Assembly (NCBI GenBank): GCA_026936335.1
Contig: JAPMXV010000033.1
Coordinates: 124,001 to 188,000, forward strand
Direction of reading: 5' to 3'
Source of the DNA: Mantamonas sphyraenae STR306
Lineage: Eukaryota; Protista; CRuMs
Length of the DNA: 64,000 nt
Shown here: one piece after another, positions 62,448 to 64,000 of the stretch
Numbering within the stretch: position 1 is the first letter of the stretch
Layout of the letters: every line of letters starts with the position of its first letter
Translations under genes and position numbers: made by a program
The notes under the pieces: model-generated
Seen by the model: the letters and a program-made list of their open reading frames with translations, nothing else
What the model was told of the DNA's origin: nothing
The model's database searches: none

Positions 62448-63901
62448 TTGCCACCATCTTCTGCCTCGTCACCGACTTCCAGGGGCATGCAGCGTCCGTT
62501 GCAGACCAGATCGTGGGATTGGTAGTGCAACAGTTCCATGATCTGGGTGACGGTATCCACATACTCATCCTGTGCAGCCTGGAACACCTCTGCCAGCATC
62601 TGAAGACGATCAATGGTCACCTGCAACTGATGCGACGCACGTGCACGTTCCACCAGACGGTTGATGGCCCCCTTGTAGGTGCGTTCGTCGTCTTGACGTT
62701 CCATGCACATCAGTTCCAACTGGGCAGAGGCAGGCCAGTAGTCCTTGCTCTCATCGCCTGCCACAGATTGGATGCTCAGGTGTGCCAAGTGGCGGAGTTT
62801 GGGCAGACGTGCCTCCAAGCCCAGCAGTTCCGTCTTGTCCAAATCCTCCTCGGCCTGATGCTTGCTGTGCAACTCACGCAGGGTCTGTGCACGCTGCATG
62901 CCCAGTGTGCACTGACGCACCAGGGGTTCAAAGCTTCCCGTGAGCTCAAAGTGGTTCTGGTAGGCGTCACATGCCAGTTGGTAGGCCTGCGCGATGGTTG
63001 CTTCCAGAGCCCCCTCATCCGGTTCCTCGGTGCAATCCTTGACCCACACAATGGGCGTCATGTCACCAGGCAACGTGTGTGCGTCGTCTTCCACCTTGTC
63101 CAGCAGGTACTGGGCATAGGTGCGCCTAGCAAGCTGCAAGGAGGCCGTGTCTTCGTTATCCGAAGCCTCCTCGTTTGAGCCGGTGCCGCAGGATCGCATG
63201 GCAGCCAGGAGGGCACGTGCAGCCGAGTATTGCATGAGGTGAGCGTCGCCGAGGAAGTTCCATGCGTTGTGGACGGTGGAACCGAGGGTGAAGTTGGCCA
63301 AGACGTTGCGAAGGACAGCCACAGAGACACAGGGACGACGGTGGGACTGGTCGCATCGCATAAAGGCCATGGCAAAGCTCTCCTGCACCCGGACATTGTT
63401 GTGGAAACGAGAATCGGTGCAGGTGGCAAAGAGTTTGATCATGTTGCCCTGGCTGCTGAGCAGACCAAAGGCATTGAACAGGGCCATCAGTTCAAACAGG
63501 TTGTACTGAGACAACACCGCCTGGGCTGCATCCACGTCGTCGGGATTGTCACCAAAGGCAAGCTGGGCCACGTTGGCGGCGTGAAAGTCGCGCACCGTGG
63601 CTTGTTGGGATTCCCTCTCTTGGACCTTGCTGACGAGGGTGGAAAACGACGGGGCTACCCCCTGGTCCATGCTACGCCTGGCCACAAGGTCCCTCCATGC
63701 ATTCTTGATCTTGCTGGAGGCCACCTCTTGTTCCTGCTCCTCCGTCAACTCGCTACGACGACGGTTGAGGGTTTGCAGAAACTCGGTCATGCGCTGCACG
63801 TCCTCGGTGCGCTGTGCACACAGGTTGCTCAGATCATCGATGCTTGTGCCATTCACAAGTGTGTCAAAGAACACAGACTGGGATTTGGAAATGTATTGCA
63901 T
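61022..63901 (-). CDS. Uncharacterised ~960-aa protein (helical/TPR-like N-half; possible Cys-His-Asp domain)
   Basis: Long uninterrupted ORF with host-like codons. Motifs DYWPASAQLEL, GDCREH, EEH and CDSFY. Confidence 0.7.
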
Positions 63902-64000
63902 TTCCCCTTGGTTTTGGTTGGGTTGAGTGGCAGCGGCGGCACAAACACAACAACACACACACATACACACATACACACACACACATCCAGGGGGTGCTCT

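Noticed and set aside
1-64000. tRNA/rRNA genes, LTRs, terminal inverted repeats
   Set aside because: None recognised by eye; not excluded without tRNAscan, Infernal or einverted.

Overview
This is a gene-dense, GC-rich eukaryotic window with GT-AG introns and many (CA)n/(GT)n microsatellites. It probably comes from a flagellated protist (CCDC61, AHI1) that also has Ena/VASP. About 20 host genes can be called, 17 with a recognisable family: METTL13 5' end, FMN reductase, carboxylesterase, CCDC61, a double-domain AMP deaminase, an intron-rich bacterial-type GSI-beta with a mitochondrial-like presequence, cofilin, VASP, WDR81, GCDH, AHI1, an S10 peptidase, a carotenoid-oxygenase-like protein, RCHY1, LSM12, APC5, cardiolipin synthase and peroxiredoxin. 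An RA/FERM-like protein and three uncharacterised proteins are weaker calls. Two accessory insertions stand out (~18.4-24.6 kb, + strand; ~37.4-42.9 kb, - strand). Each encodes a giant (~1,650 aa) protein ending in a TnpB/Fanzor RuvC + Zn-finger module, followed by a ~160-nt self-complementary omegaRNA-like scaffold, and I see no transposase in either. Element 1 is flanked by a ~315-bp direct duplication of the 5' end of the RA-like gene. The copy that abuts the scaffold (the presumptive guide) differs from the intact copy at five consecutive wobble positions in its first 13 nt, and all differences are synonymous. This looks like a natural RNA-guided homing element or gene drive with a recoded, cleavage-resistant rescue allele. 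All calls were made by eye, with no database searches or folding computations.
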